64,000 nt of DNA from Marsupella aquatica (lineage: Eukaryota; Plantae; Marchantiophyta). A program made the translations under genes and the position numbers. Under the pieces are notes generated by a model. That model ran no database searches. It was not told the DNA's origin and saw only the letters and a program-made list of their open reading frames with translations. Within the stretch, counting starts at the first letter, position 1. Each line of letters opens with the position of its first letter. The stretch covers positions 2,579,927 to 2,643,926 of the forward strand of contig OZ316898.1 in NCBI GenBank assembly GCA_973895155.1, read 5' to 3'. Positions 1 through 12,550 of the stretch are shown here, in pieces.

Positions 1-1518
1 ATCACTCTGAGAATGATTGACGATGTCGCCGCATCGGTCCCCTGTGAGTTTCCTCTTCTCACTGGAGGGTGACGGGGGATCACGGCGTTCACTCTCCTGT
101 TTAACAAGAGCTTCGGGCCCATGATTTACATCCAAGGCAATGTCAATGGGAACACTCTTTTCCTCCGCGCTTTCCGGCTCGATTATCACCAATGCAATTT
201 CTAATGGTTCACATTCAAGAGCAAGACCTTCCTCGGTGCACAGACGACTGTCCGATAGCTCCAACTCGGGAGCGGCAGTGCCAACTAGGCCCTCGCTACG
301 ATTCGGTGACGTCCTTGCCCTCTCCTCACCTACATCGTCGTCGAAAGACGCCGCTGAGTTGAACGCACATGAAATGTTCTCCTTTAAGCCAATGGAAGCC
401 GGAGATTTACCTGCTCGAGGGCTGTCCTGGAGGGGTATGTCGATGACGAGCTTCCCTGGAGATGGTGTACTAGGTTCCAAAGCAGAGGAGTTAGATTTCT
501 GCACCTCATCATAAGCAGACTTGTTTTTGCCGTCGCTGCTCTTGTTGAGAGTAGGTGCTCCCTTCACCTCTGCCCTTATCACCCGTCTGATTCTTCCCCT
601 CACTTTCTCCCCGTTCCTTTGCGTAAATTTGGTCTTAGTCACCTCCTCGTACCAGTAAATCAGCTCCTCTTCCGACATGTAATCCAAGTGGGGAGCCACC
701 GCCTTCGCAACACAGGCATTCTGGCAATTCTTCGCATCCGCACATGTGTGGAGGCTAGAGGCATAGACTGGAAGGAGGTCGGCCTCTGAGGACTTCTGAA
801 GTTTATTCGGTTGAGATGATGATCGGAATTTACGGCCAGCCTTCGAAATTGGGGAGGCAGGGCGTCTTAAAGCAGCGACTGCAGCTCGAAATCTCTGCCG
901 GGTTTCGACGTGCAACGCCGAACCATCTGTGACTGCTATTGGCTTGGAGAGACCTAGAGAGTCGGAGAAAGATTTCATTGTGTCTATTCCAGTCAGATCA
1001 TCAGCCTGATGACCGACAGGGGAGCTAGCACAATGCAAGAGGTGTCTTTCTATGGCCTTTGAATTGGGGAGAGTGGATGCGGGTGGACTTGATTTGGCTG
1101 TAATTTTACGTCTTCCAATTCTATCGGCACTGACAGCATGGCCTTTCCGGATGGGCTCCAAGTTCTTGGCCTTCCGGGACTGTGAATTCTCACCTTGAGC
1201 ACGATCGAGTACTGGCGGATCGCGTTTAAGGATGTCGCACAAGTCCATGCACTTCCTTTTCCTCTTGAATTGGCAAACAACTCTACCGAGGTCTTCATCA
1301 GAGCCAGAGGAGAAGTCTGTTGCGTCAAGTATCACCTCGTGATATTCTGCTTCTCCTTCTGCAACAAGACCCACCAGTCTTGTCTGCTGCTGCTCTCGCT
1401 CTTGCTTTTTGGTGGGTTTCTTACCGATGCGAATCGCATCCATGAGTGTCATACCGTCATCATTTTCACCTGCCTCAGCTTTAGCCATTTTGCGCCGAAA
1501 ATAAATTTTCGACCTCAT
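1..1518 (-). CDS. Unknown, largely disordered S/E/K/R-rich protein; 5' part only, the gene continues beyond the left edge
   Basis: Manual translation of the - strand gives an unbroken frame from ATG 1518 (MRSKIYFRRKMAKAEAGENDDG...; second ATG at 1488) to base 1, about 505 codons. It is missing from the ORF track because it has no stop in the window. There is an in-frame stop upstream and a splice acceptor (ttttttccag) at 1612-1613, so the leader is spliced. No domain recognised. Confidence 0.7.
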   Translation of the reverse strand, partial: MRSKIYFRRKMAKAEAGENDDGMTLMDAIRIGKKPTKKQEREQQQTRLVGLVAEGEAEYHEVILDATDFSSGSDEDLGRVVCQFKRKRKCMDLCDILKRDPPVLDRAQGENSQSRKAKNLEPIRKGHAVSADRIGRRKITAKSSPPASTLPNSKAIERHLLHCASSPVGHQADDLTGIDTMKSFSDSLGLSKPIAVTDGSALHVETRQRFRAAVAALRRPASPISKAGRKFRSSSQPNKLQKSSEADLLPVYASSLHTCADAKNCQNACVAKAVAPHLDYMSEEELIYWYEEVTKTKFTQRNGEKVRGRIRRVIRAEVKGAPTLNKSSDGKNKSAYDEVQKSNSSALEPSTPSPGKLVIDIPLQDSPRAGKSPASIGLKENISCAFNSAASFDDDVGEERARTSPNRSEGLVGTAAPELELSDSRLCTEEGLALECEPLEIALVIIEPESAEEKSVPIDIALDVNHGPEALVKQESERRDPPSPSSEKRKLTGDRCGDIVNHSQSD

Positions 1519-3330
1519 ACTGATATCTCGCGAGCTAGGAGGCAAGGATTACTCGCTGTTGGATATTTAAGCTCTCACACTGACCATCTCCTCTTAGGCC
1601 TCATCATGTACCTGGAAAAAACACATAGGAGTGATCAGGTGACGGTAATGGTGATGGTGACGGCAACGGCAGAGCAAACAAAAGTCCAACTCCCAGAATG
1701 CCTCGCCAGGTGGTCTGTGCTAACTCGTCTCACACTGATAACCTCGTTTCCTCGTCGACAATTCCCAACAATTTCACAGATTTCACTATTAGCGCAAAAC
1801 AGAAATATTGCCACTGTCTAAAAGTTGACGAGTTGTCTTTCAAAGCGAGAGATTCATTAATTTCATCAGTTAGATTCTCGTTCACGTCTTCCACGCGCAA
1901 GAAGTCGCAATCTCCCTTCTCTAGACCAATGAATACGGACAAGCTCCCAGAAAGTACTGTAAGCCATCGCTGTCGTACAGTGAGGGAAACAGAACTTGAG
2001 CACAATAGCTTCAGTTGGAAAATCATCCGTGGGCCTTCAACGGTGGTTAAAATTGATTGACTTCTTTCGGATTCCGTAGTGAACGCACTACTGACCTAGA
2101 GTGTGGTTGTCTTCTGGATTCCTTACTATGAACAAATACTAGAATTGTCATTCGGACCCTTGGGCCCTACTGTACACTGCTCGGAATCTCACATTTAACG
2201 AACGCCCCTGACATCTTGGGAAGAAACTTGATATTCAATAACTCACCCAGACATTTGGGGAAGAAAACGTTCGTACGAAGGTGAATGCAGGGCAGTCACT
2301 CTCTTCCAGATTGTCGAACGTGGCAGAAGCACCCAGATTGGTAATCGCTCTGGTAAGATGCCACACTGCCACAGAACTTTAGGCTGTCAATTGAATGTGC
2401 GAGTAAGAGTCCGACATTCAACACTTACATTACACTATCGACAGTTACGTACAAGGCCTCGCGAATGCCACACAGAAAAGTAGTTCGATCGCTTACAGAA
2501 ATGTGAGCAGTGGACAAAAGCGGTGGAACATGACTTGATCAAGACAACGGTTAACTAGACAAATGTCAGGAACCTCACGAGAGTCGTGTACTTTTTGCAG
2601 AGCCCGCGGACGTCAGGCATCTGATGCAACTGTGTCCGTTCAGACGTAGTCAAGAACGTGTAGAGTATGTCTCTCGGGCAAGGTCGGAGAAAATCTCTGG
2701 AGACCACAGACAGAAATGTAGACCCAAACTAGTGCATTGTAACAAAATGTGGTCAAATCGAGAGGCCTGCAACCGACCTGGAGCTGGAAATCAACGCCAC
2801 TCCGGAACACTTCGCCAGTAATGTCGATTTTCTAACTTTCTCACTTTCAATCCACTTCCCCTCCTCCTGCTATACAGTCCGTGACCAAGATCGTTCCGCA
2901 GAGTGCAGCACTACTACAATGCAACTATAACCTCCCATTACATAGCTCTCAATTCAGGGAGATCCCTCCAGAGTTTCTCCTTTTGCGGCAATCCTCCCTC
3001 ACTTCAAATTGTCTTCACCTGAGCATCTGTCCGTCCGTCTTTCTCCGTTTCTAGAGCTCATCCATTCCACTTTCAACCATTCTTCCCGCCTCGCACACCT
3101 GCTCTCAAATAAACTGTCGAGGCCTTGTTCTTCGCTTGACCTTCAACGAGACCTGCGGCGGTCGCGCAATCCTTTTCCTGTTCCGAATCTACGATGCACG
3201 CCAGTAATCTCCGCGCGGCCATCGCCATAGGACACTAGAGTAATGAGGAAGGAGAGCGAGATTTTCTAATTCGAATGTCGTTCTCTCTCTTTCCCTCCAC
3301 TGTTCGTACTCGCGCGCACGGAGGTCAGTG

Positions 3331-3341
3331 TTGGCGGGAAA
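3331..3341 (-). promoter_or_regulatory. Canonical E2F-binding site (TTTCCCGCCAA)
   Basis: The + strand reads ttggcgggaaa, the reverse complement of the plant E2F consensus TTTCCCGC. It lies at the edge of the CpG-rich region upstream of the left-edge - strand gene. Confidence 0.5.
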
Positions 3342-4169
3342 GGTTTAGGTCCCGCCTTCGATTTCGTACTTGCAATAACTCTGTACGTGTCACGTAATTA
3401 CGTAAAGATTCCATCGTCATCTGGTCGGCGGCTGTAATTTACTGATGTCAGAGGGAGCCAGATCGACGGTGGACATGCTCGCAAGAGGGTTTACTACGTT
3501 ACTTGTGACCAGTGATATTTTCTTCCTTGGAGAACTTTTATTTGAACTACGAGAAAACGTAAAGATATGAAAATATTACACCAGTGCAAACGAACAAAAC
3601 GGGAGTGACAGGAACCAAGCGTATTTGATTTTTTCAAGTTTTTACTTTTTCGCCAAATGTATGTGAAGGAGAAGATGCTCAAAATTCCTTATCTAATTAG
3701 TTCGTGGACCCCTTGGCTAATAAAATCAGGGGGAAGAGTCGATCTGAGTCGTCTCCATTTTTTATCTTCGGAAATTTCATCTGTCCATCATAATGGCCAA
3801 TCTATGGTTCAAAAGAAAGATCTCAAATAGATCTATGGATGGGTTCTGTCCATTTTGCAAATGGGTTAATAGTTTTCAAATTAAAAATTAAACAAATCCA
3901 AGCCTTCCTAGCCGTCGATTTTGTTGATTTTACGATCTTTGCAATCCATTTTTTAATGCCTCTAGAAATCTTATTCATCCATGTTAGAAGGCGATCTAGG
4001 GTGCAAAAGAAATATTTCTATGAGATCTACGATTGAGTATTTTTGTTTTGAGAATGAGTAAATAGTTTTGAGTATAAAATTCGATGAACTTTCAAGATTC
4101 CAGCCATTCCTCCTCCCCAATCCTGGGTTTCTATGTGCTCTTCCCAGCATTAATGGCCGTACAATACGA

Positions 4170-4513
4170 TGTTAAGCATAGACGAGATTCGTAACGGCAA
4201 GCCCATGAACCATCCAACGCACAAGAGTCGACACAGAGAGATACGTGGTTCACCTCCACATGAAGCTACGTCCACAGGAACACACAAGAGCTTTACTGCA
4301 CTCTAGGCCGACCGACTATACCAAGCATCCACAGCACAAGCTCTCCCTATCTCTCAACTAACTCCGTAACAATGAGCTTAAGTTCCACCAGGGTCTGGCA
4401 TCAGCCTTGGCTATATACACAACAGCACTACCGCTAACATTAGCTAAGTCCTAATCCGAGTTAGACTAACTGTGATTAGCTCATGAGTCACAAGACTAGA
4501 GCAATAACTAACA
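4170..4513 (-). mobile_element. Solo LTR, copia-type (copy 1), 344 bp
   Basis: TGTTA...TAACA termini with a 5-bp TSD TACGA at 4165-4169 and 4514-4518. The - strand carries TATATA and the GTGGACGTAG...GTGAACCACGTA motif typical of copia U5 regions. Confidence 0.9.
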
Positions 4514-5149
4514 TACGAGAGGTCCTTACATACCGGGAGTTGCGGTTTAACAAGGAAGTTATCAAGTTAGTTATTAGTCATTATTTATAATATGAAAAAT
4601 ACTTTTTATAAATCTTTGAATTTAAGTTTTAAAATTGGAAATGTAACTAAAACGGTTACATAGTGACAGTTTTAACCGTCTTGCTCTTTGCATTTCCAAT
4701 GTTTTTACTTTTCTTTTACTGCACGGCGTCCCAAAATTTACACCTAAATTGACACAAACATGAATGAAAACTATAAGTTTGATTCACAAAACCGACAAGT
4801 CTTGTTTGTTGCGGTTGTTGTTGATATGGCATGTTGTGGTGCCACGAATTTTGGAAGGGACCTCTAGTGGGGTCCCTAATTAATTTCCTGACGTCAGATT
4901 TTCCTAGATTTAATGATGACCTTTAGATTCTGGCTAATGGGGCACTCTAAACATTGGCCAATGTTCCACCTAATCGCAGGCCCCATTACCCAGAATCGAA
5001 AGGGAACAATGGCTAATGAGATTTCTGGCTAATAAGAATCTAAATGGAACACTGGCTAATGAGACAAAAAAACACTAGCAAATTGTCACAAAAAGTGGCC
5101 CATAGCTTTTTTGGGAGCAAATTTGTGCCACTAAAAAAACCTCAGATAG

Positions 5150-6360
5150 CAACCCTATAATTAAAGGTAAAAAGGAACCCAAAGTAGACCAAAGAGGCCC
5201 AACAAGTACACGGATCCCCCACAAACAAAAGGAAGCTATCAACCAAAGATTACACTAAGTGGCCTAAGAGACTAACACCCTACTGAGCAGAATATTGAAA
5301 AGCCTAGTAAAGCTCCAAAGTAAATTGCATAGGAGGGTCATAAAGTGAAATCTGTCTCGAGACCTTAAAATTAATTGCCTCAGCTCTACGCAGGATAGTG
5401 AATACCTAAGTGAACTGTTGAGCATAGACGACATTCGTAACAACAGGCCCATGAACCATCCAACGCACAATAGTCAACACAGAGAGATACATGGTTCACC
5501 TCCACATGAGGCTATGTCCACGGGAACACACAAGAGCTTTACTACACTCTAGGTCGATCGCCCATACCAAGCATCCACAGCACAAGCTCTCCCTATCTCT
5601 CAACTAGCTTCGTAACAATGAGCCTAAGTTCCACCAGGGTCTGGCATCAGCCCCGGCTATATGCACAACAGCACTACTGCTAACATTAGCTAAGTCCTAA
5701 CCCGAGTTAGACTAACTGTGGTTAGCTCATGAGTCACAAGACTAGAGCAATATCTAACATGAACGCTCTGAAGTGCCATGGACACCCTATGTCTAAAGAA
5801 GGCAATGACGATAGAGACAGGATGATAAGGCCCGGGATAAGGCCTTTGCTCAATACAAAAACCCGCACAAGCCCTAAAGAACTGGTCAAAGGTAGGGTGC
5901 AATGCACCAAAGATGTCAAGAACAAAACTAAGGGTGGAACAAATTCTCACGGTTACAAACAACATAGGTCTCCCCCTTGTATGGTTGATTAGGTACATGG
6001 GCGGCTACCGCGACATGGCTCCCTCCTAGAGGATCTGCAACAACCACATCACCAAGAGACCTATGTTGACTTATGTTGACAAACATCATAGACCAAATCA
6101 GCCAGCCGCCAGTCAGGCACCCCATCACGGGGAGGAAGATCATCTCGTTGGTATCTAGAGTCCCTAGCAATGGCTGCCACCACGTCTCAAATGTTATCAT
6201 GTGTCACAATCCGTTCACTCCCATAGCCAAACCTGAGAATATGGAATCCCCCATGATCCAAAGACGCCCACAGACACAAGTGGGTTGACAGAAAAGGCAA
6301 GGATAAGGTAGTCCATGGTGAAGGCGCATAGATGTGGTAAAGAAAGAGGGAGGAGCACAA
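5150..6360 (-). mobile_element. 5'-truncated, decayed CRE-like non-LTR retrotransposon (zinc knuckle, RLE endonuclease, 3' end), split by a solo LTR
   Basis: The - strand peptides LGDVVVADP, IFGALHPTFDQFF, EQRPYP, RVSMALQ and DPPMQF match the C-terminus of the element at 26700-27206 and 31434-31620. A 20-nt 3'UTR motif (acttgttgggcctctttggt) is shared at 5188-5207 and 32131-32150. Confidence 0.8.
5416..5759 (-). mobile_element. Solo LTR, same copia-type family (copy 2), 344 bp, inserted in a CRE-like element
   Basis: TGTTG...TAACA termini with its own 5-bp TSD TGAAC at 5411-5415 and 5760-5764. About 26 substitutions versus copy 1 by eye (~92% identity), no indels. Confidence 0.9.
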
Positions 6361-8096
6361 TTTCTGCTTTAACCAGCCTAGTGCCCATGGGTTGTACAGG
6401 ATAAATGAGGTTTGCGAGAAGTTACTACACCTTGTGTCTGGATCGTGAGAACAACCTGACCAACAGCAGCTAGGAAGGTTTATCAAACTTAAAAGTCTTG
6501 GTGACAGGATTATAGACCAGAACCTATACCCAAACATTCTGGGTACATAAAATTTTCCCACAAAAAGGTTATTGAACTAGAGATTTTCGGGCACAAAATT
6601 ATGAGAGTAGCAACATGGAATAGATGGTTACCTAACTGCAAGCTTTATTCCTTACAAGATTTTTGCACACTAAATGTATAAGTGAGGCAAAAACTGGATT
6701 TTATAGAGTGTGCTAGCTACAAGGAGAATGAATGATGGGTTGGGTGTGGGAAGGGTGAACAGTGGCAACTTCATGCCCATCTCACACTTTTAGGAAACAA
6801 TTTCACCACAACCAAATGGTCAATGAGTCTTCCCACCACACAAGCATTTTATATGTAGACGACGAGAAAGAAATAGGGCATTGCATACTAAAGGGCCACT
6901 GTCCCCAAAGCAGAACCAGGTTGATCTAGGTTACTAGAATAAACCAAAAGTGCTGGAAACACTAAATAAAATGCTCTATTTTGTCTTCCCTGAACCTGAT
7001 GGAATCTGGTGATTTAAGAAAAGTATGATGATTTCATATTATACTATCTAGACTAGACTAGATTAGATTGAGAGGCATGGGGTCCGTTTAACTGCACATC
7101 AAAACATAACATATATATATGACATCCCTCCATACCATGATAACAAGCTTCATAAAACCTGTTTATTTTCTTTAAATCAATGAGTACACACTTATATTAG
7201 ATGTGATCACCTGCAGGGAGAGGCATGTGATTACATACTCCAATACTTTGATTTTGAAACAAAGAGCATTTTAGTATCCCGTCAGAGGTTTGGATGGAGA
7301 TTCAATGAGAGCAAAGTTAAATTAAGAAAAGAAAAACTCTCTCCATAGTTCACACGTGGACCAAATTTGTCTTTCTCTTCTTGTTTATCGCTTTTGCTCC
7401 CGTAGTTTTGAATGATGAGGAATTGCTGTACGCATTGTTTGGACATGAGAAGAATCATCGAGATCGAATTCGCAGAGCACGAGACGGAGAATGCTTCACA
7501 ACCGAAATATTGCCTGGGCAGACTTTTCCGAATTGGAAGATGGACGATCGTTGTGTTGTCGTCGATGGAGGTTGTCATGGGTGCAAATTCGCGCGAAGTG
7601 AGTTGGAAGAAAGGCATGGGCTCAGGGTTTGAGGCTTGATGCTTGATGCTGTTGGAATGGGCAGGAGAGAAGAGGAGCTGTCGACTGATTTCTGCTCTCT
7701 TTGATTCAGACCGGGGTTGCTGTCCAATTGAACGAGTAAGCGACTGGAAAGAGGAGTTAGGGAAACAGTAATGGTAGTCGAGTGATGGTAGTCGAGTGAT
7801 ATTGTTAGTGTCAAGCCTCTCGAGGATGGCAGCAAGCCTTTGGGGAATTTGATGTTCCGACCCCTTCCTTCAATTTGAGTATCTCAATTTTGTCTCATCG
7901 CTAGGGTTGCGAGACAGGGCGCATTCTCTTTAGACCTAGCAGCAGTAGCAGAGGTGGGACAGATTAAGGATCGCCCTCTAAGGATACCTCTGGGCTAGAC
8001 AGTGGGAGAATCAGTATAGCGTCATAGCTTGGTGGCGGACGGAGTGTGGCGTGGTCCAGCAAGTGATGGTGCTGGATTAGGGAAGAGGGCTGCCAC

Positions 8097-10605
8097 ATGG
8101 ATTTCACACCTTCTTTGCATTTACTGCCCCCTGCCCTGGGACCTCCGGATGATGAAAACGAGCTTTGTAGGGAAAGGATGCGTCTGCTGGGTGGGCTGGA
8201 AGAAATTTTACGACGGGTGGTGGGATTGGAAGGGCGTCTGTGGTTGTCCTCTGCGTTTGCAGAACTTTCCAATGTGCCAACCAACGTGCAAACCTCTGTC
8301 TTCCTGGACCTTTTTCGACGTGCAACTCCGCCCTCCTCCAGCTCCCAGTCTAGAAGGCAAGGTGCTGAGTACTTTCTCACTCGAAATTTGTTTCCTAGAG
8401 CATGACTTGTGTCCCCAATTGTGGACTGCAGGTGGGAACCTCAATAGCTTGCATTGTACCAATGTATGCAGTGAGATGTTGAATTGTGTGCTAGGCATTC
8501 GCCAAGTTTCAACCTGTAAGACATCTCGTCTCGTCTTGCGTGGTGTGGAATCACTTTGGACATAAGTGTGCAATGGTTCTCTTTGCTACAAACTTACCTT
8601 AACTGAACGAGTGTCGGACGACCTCCTGGGCTATTTGCGGAAAATAAGTGCTTTTCTATCAGCAACTCACCGAGTAATAACTTATAAGTACTTAATTTTT
8701 TTTTGAAAATATTTGAGTGTGGAGATAATTCAAAGCCGGATTGGGGGACTGAACGAGTGTCGGAAGACCTCCTGGGCTATTTGCGGAAAATAAGTGCTTT
8801 TCTATCAGAAACTCACCGAGTGATAACTTACAAATACTTTAATTTTTTTTAAAAATATTTGAGTGTGGAGATAATTCAAAGCCGGATTGGGGGCTTACTT
8901 GCATCTGTTCTTTTTTACTTGACTAATCTCTGGTCTTGAAATGTTGTTATGTTCTGATTAGCATAGCCAGAGATCAGAAGGATGGAGTGGAAGTCGCAAA
9001 GCAAATAATTAGGATGATGTGTGAAAGCCGTCCAAGGCAAATAGCTCGCCTCCTTGTACGGGACAGCACGATGCTGTGCCGTTTCTTTTCTGGTATTTTG
9101 TCTTTGAGGCCACTTGTATGCTTTTGTTGTATTTTTAGAAGCAAATTTAACCATTGCAAAAGAAATATAGATTTGATTGTTTGATCAAGCAGTGGAGAAA
9201 ATGGTAATATTGACCCCAACATGTCGTTGCTCTTGGCAGGAGAACCAAAAAGGGCATTGCAGTGGTTCCAGAATTTTGCTGCAGTTGGAGAGATTGATCA
9301 TCAGTTAGGGGCTCGGGCTCTAGCTCGATATGTTTTTATGCACCGTGAGACTTCTTGGCACGAGCTAGTTTGGAGAGGAGATCGCTCACAAGCCCCAGCA
9401 ACAGTGGCATCCAAGCCGCACTACTTCTCTGACCTTGATGTTGTTGAAACGATTGACAACTTCCTGGACCATGTCCCATCGTTTTGGCACTCTGAAGAGC
9501 TTAGGGATTCCTTGGAAGATGGTCAGTTCATTGCCCTTGATATTGACTTTTTTGTGGAGGAGCTTCTAGCAAAGATGGATTCTGATGCCTTCTCCAGCAT
9601 TTTGAAAGCTTATCTAGCAGAAGAGTCATTTACTGTTCTCTGCCAGCGGATACTTCCCTTTACCTCTGACGAACATTTTCTTGGATTTGTCAATGGCCTA
9701 TCAATAGCCACGGTGAAATGGAAGAAAGACAAGTCTATTAATCGGGATAGAAAAGAGGAAGAGGACGGCTTAGATTATGTAAATATGAAGGAATTACGTT
9801 GGTTGGAGATGGTGCTTTCAGCTGGGGTGGAATGGGAGACATTGAAAGATATAATCTTTTGCAATGCCTGCGCCCGAAATGGAAGAGAGCTTGTGCGGTT
9901 GATGCATAGTGAAGAACATAAGGACGAGACCCGATTGCTTGACTCGTTGCTCGCAGACAGAAATCCCTATAATGAGCAAGATCACTGGGCATTAAGACGA
10001 GAGTGTCTGCTTTTCTTTAAGTGGCAGGCTGTTCAATGGCTGACTCTGGAGGCTTGGTTGCTCTTTTATCTCCTGTCAAGAGAAAGTACCCCTCCAGATG
10101 CTCTGGAAAGGCTTATGACTGAGAACGGCATAGGGTTTCTTCGCACGAGTGCCCAGCATGTAGACAAGAGTGAGCTTGACGGGGAGTGGAAAGGAGCGAA
10201 GAGTTCTAAAGAGAAAAAGAGGTCAAGGAAGAGACATAAGCGGAAACGGAAAGGGATGTCCAGAAAGAGAAACAAGCATAGCGAAGATGATGATTCCGAG
10301 AGCGGTAGTGATGTGCCCTTCACAACCGACGAAAGCAAGAAGGAGTCTTCTGTCAGCTGGAGGCTGTCTGTCGACAAGTATGTCATCACGTGGACAAAGG
10401 TAATGGTGCGTCTTTGTAACCGATTAGTCGGTCTTAAAACTCTCCTTGAATATATTCAAAGTGCAATGTGTCTCTGAATTTGGGTTAGCCAACTTTAACT
10501 TTTGGTTCTGGTGTACATTTGATTTGAGTGCAGGTGGATGTCGTCGAACATGTCGTCAATGATGCACTTAGTCGTTGGCTTCAATGGACTACAAAACGGT
10601 GGTAG
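8097..10605 (+). CDS. Conserved plant protein of unknown function (~540 aa) with a basic K/R-rich NLS-like tract
   Basis: Exons 8097-8361, 8967-9092, 9240-10399 and 10534-10605 have GT-AG introns with consistent phases (1,1,0). The motifs EGRLWL, GARALARYVF.HRE..W.EL.WRG..SQAPATVASKPHYF.DLDV and FW.SEEL..SL.DG are recalled from an uncharacterised land-plant family. Confidence 0.8.
8602..8893 (+). repeat. Two-copy 146-bp tandem duplication in intron 1
   Basis: The unit actgaacgagtgtcgg...caaagccggattgggg starts at 8602 and again at 8748, with only a few substitutions. Confidence 0.9.
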
Positions 10606-12550
10606 AGTCTTTAGATTCTGCTCATGCACCTCTGTGATAATATGCCATCAGGAAATACTGAGGTGGGATTTGAATGCCTAAAACTTCCACTAAAGTAGGT
10701 AGTCTCTTCTGCAGAGACGAAGTTGGGTAATTTGCGCTTTCGACAGATGGAGGCCCTAGGATGTTATCAGCTTATGTACTTGCCTTCGATTTTACAAATT
10801 ACGGAGAATTCTTCCCAGCAGAGACTGCTCACGCGCAAGTATATGATTTGTGATGGGAATATTTGAATTAAACTTAGTGGCTCTAAGCTCATTCCAATTT
10901 TAATGCTGATTCGTTAAGGAGACTTCGTTCTTGCACGATTTGGAATGTTTTCCATCTCGTTGGTGTCCAATGCACTTATCATCCGTTACTCAGGAGATTA
11001 TTTAATCAATCGGTGCCTTGTGTTCGATGGACTGAACTGATACCCCAAGTTGGCAAGTACCAATACTGTGCACAACGTTCAGCTTGTTTATAAGGATAGA
11101 AACCCCCTTAATTCTCTCCTGGATCCCTGGGAAGAATTCTATTTGTATTTCTTCTCGGGGCTAGGTTTTGTATTCTCCAGATGGTTTTTCTTAACCCCAG
11201 AATTTACTTAGTCGAGTTCCATCCCCTTGCCACGCAGTTCAGGATTATGGTCAGTGGCTAATTTACTTTTGTAAGGGCTGAGACTCCAGGCGCAATATCT
11301 CTAAAACTACCAGGACGAGTGGGATGCGTAACCCTGAAAACTCGCGTTGTCGAGATTCTCACTACTCGATTAGGGTTATGTCACAGATACAGACATGTTC
11401 TTTCTTGATCAGAGAAAACTGTTCTTTCTTGATCAGAGAAAACTGAATTTTCCAAGATGTGATCAAACTATGTAATGTGGTAGTTTTAAGAATCGTCTGG
11501 CTTTTAGATTGGGGTCTGTGAGCTACTTCATCTCTGGTGGAATTCTAGCTGCCGAGTGAAGCACCTTCACTAAGATGTCTATGCCAACTGTTTAATCATA
11601 TGGTGTGATCACTACAAATCTCGAATTAAAACTTTGAAACCTGCTGACGGAAACCCGAGCTGGTTGCTAAGTCTTTCAATCATATGTACTAGATAGGGAT
11701 ATGTTTACATTGTCGGTCCCTTCTCTGTCCTTGAATTGAACATTTGGATGGCAACAGAAGCTGATCGTTGCTATGGCTAGCTTCGTCAAAGCGAATTTAT
11801 CTAGCCTCCAACCCTGACAGCCAGCATCTGTACGTCCACAATCTCCCTGTCCGGAGGTGACTGCACAGGTTATCTTTCGAAAATGAATTTCTGAATGCAA
11901 GTAGAAAAGAGGGACAGCGATGTGAACGTAATTATGGACGAAACAATCAACGAAAATATTTCTAAGGAAAGTACAGAGGATGTAGAGGAAGCTTTCAGCG
12001 AGAGAACAAAAAGAAGAATGAACGCGACTAAACATCCAAAAGCTTGAAGAGAATAACAAAACTTTTAAAGACGAAATTAAGGAAACCATGTCCGCTGCTG
12101 CAGCCTTTAATGGTTTCCTGATGAAGAATTCTTTACTGCTGCACAATACCGTCATAATTTCTCTGCATTTCTATAACACGCTGGGAACTCTTTCTCAAAT
12201 TGCTGCCTCAACCAGCACAATAAAATGACCAGCGCATGCTCTTGACGAATGTCCTCTGCTGAGGCGAGCAGGTGAAGGAGAGTTACAAAATTTCAGGCAA
12301 CTCACTAGAAAGTTAGCCGGGTGGGTAGTCACAACTGGGAAATTTGCAAGTTGGATTCAATTTCAGAAAATCCCCATTCGATTTGTCAGCTCCCGGTCAA
12401 TCTGTCTCAACGCGATGGAGGAACTAGTGAAAAAACGTGACCTTCCCTTGAACAGCTTACGCGTAGACGCAAGGTCCACTGGAAGTCCCAAGAACAGACT
12501 TCATTGGAAGCCGACGACGTGTGGAGGGGCTTGAGAAATTTCTTCTAATC

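Noticed and set aside
140-2060. + strand ORFs 140-514, 1195-1821 and 1698-2060
   Set aside because: They are antisense shadows of the long - strand CDS and its leader, with no recognisable motifs.
4170-5759. Single LTR retrotransposon or TRIM with two 344-bp LTRs
   Set aside because: Each LTR has its own complete TSD, the outer flanks (TACGA vs TGAAC) do not match, and there is no PBS or PPT between them.
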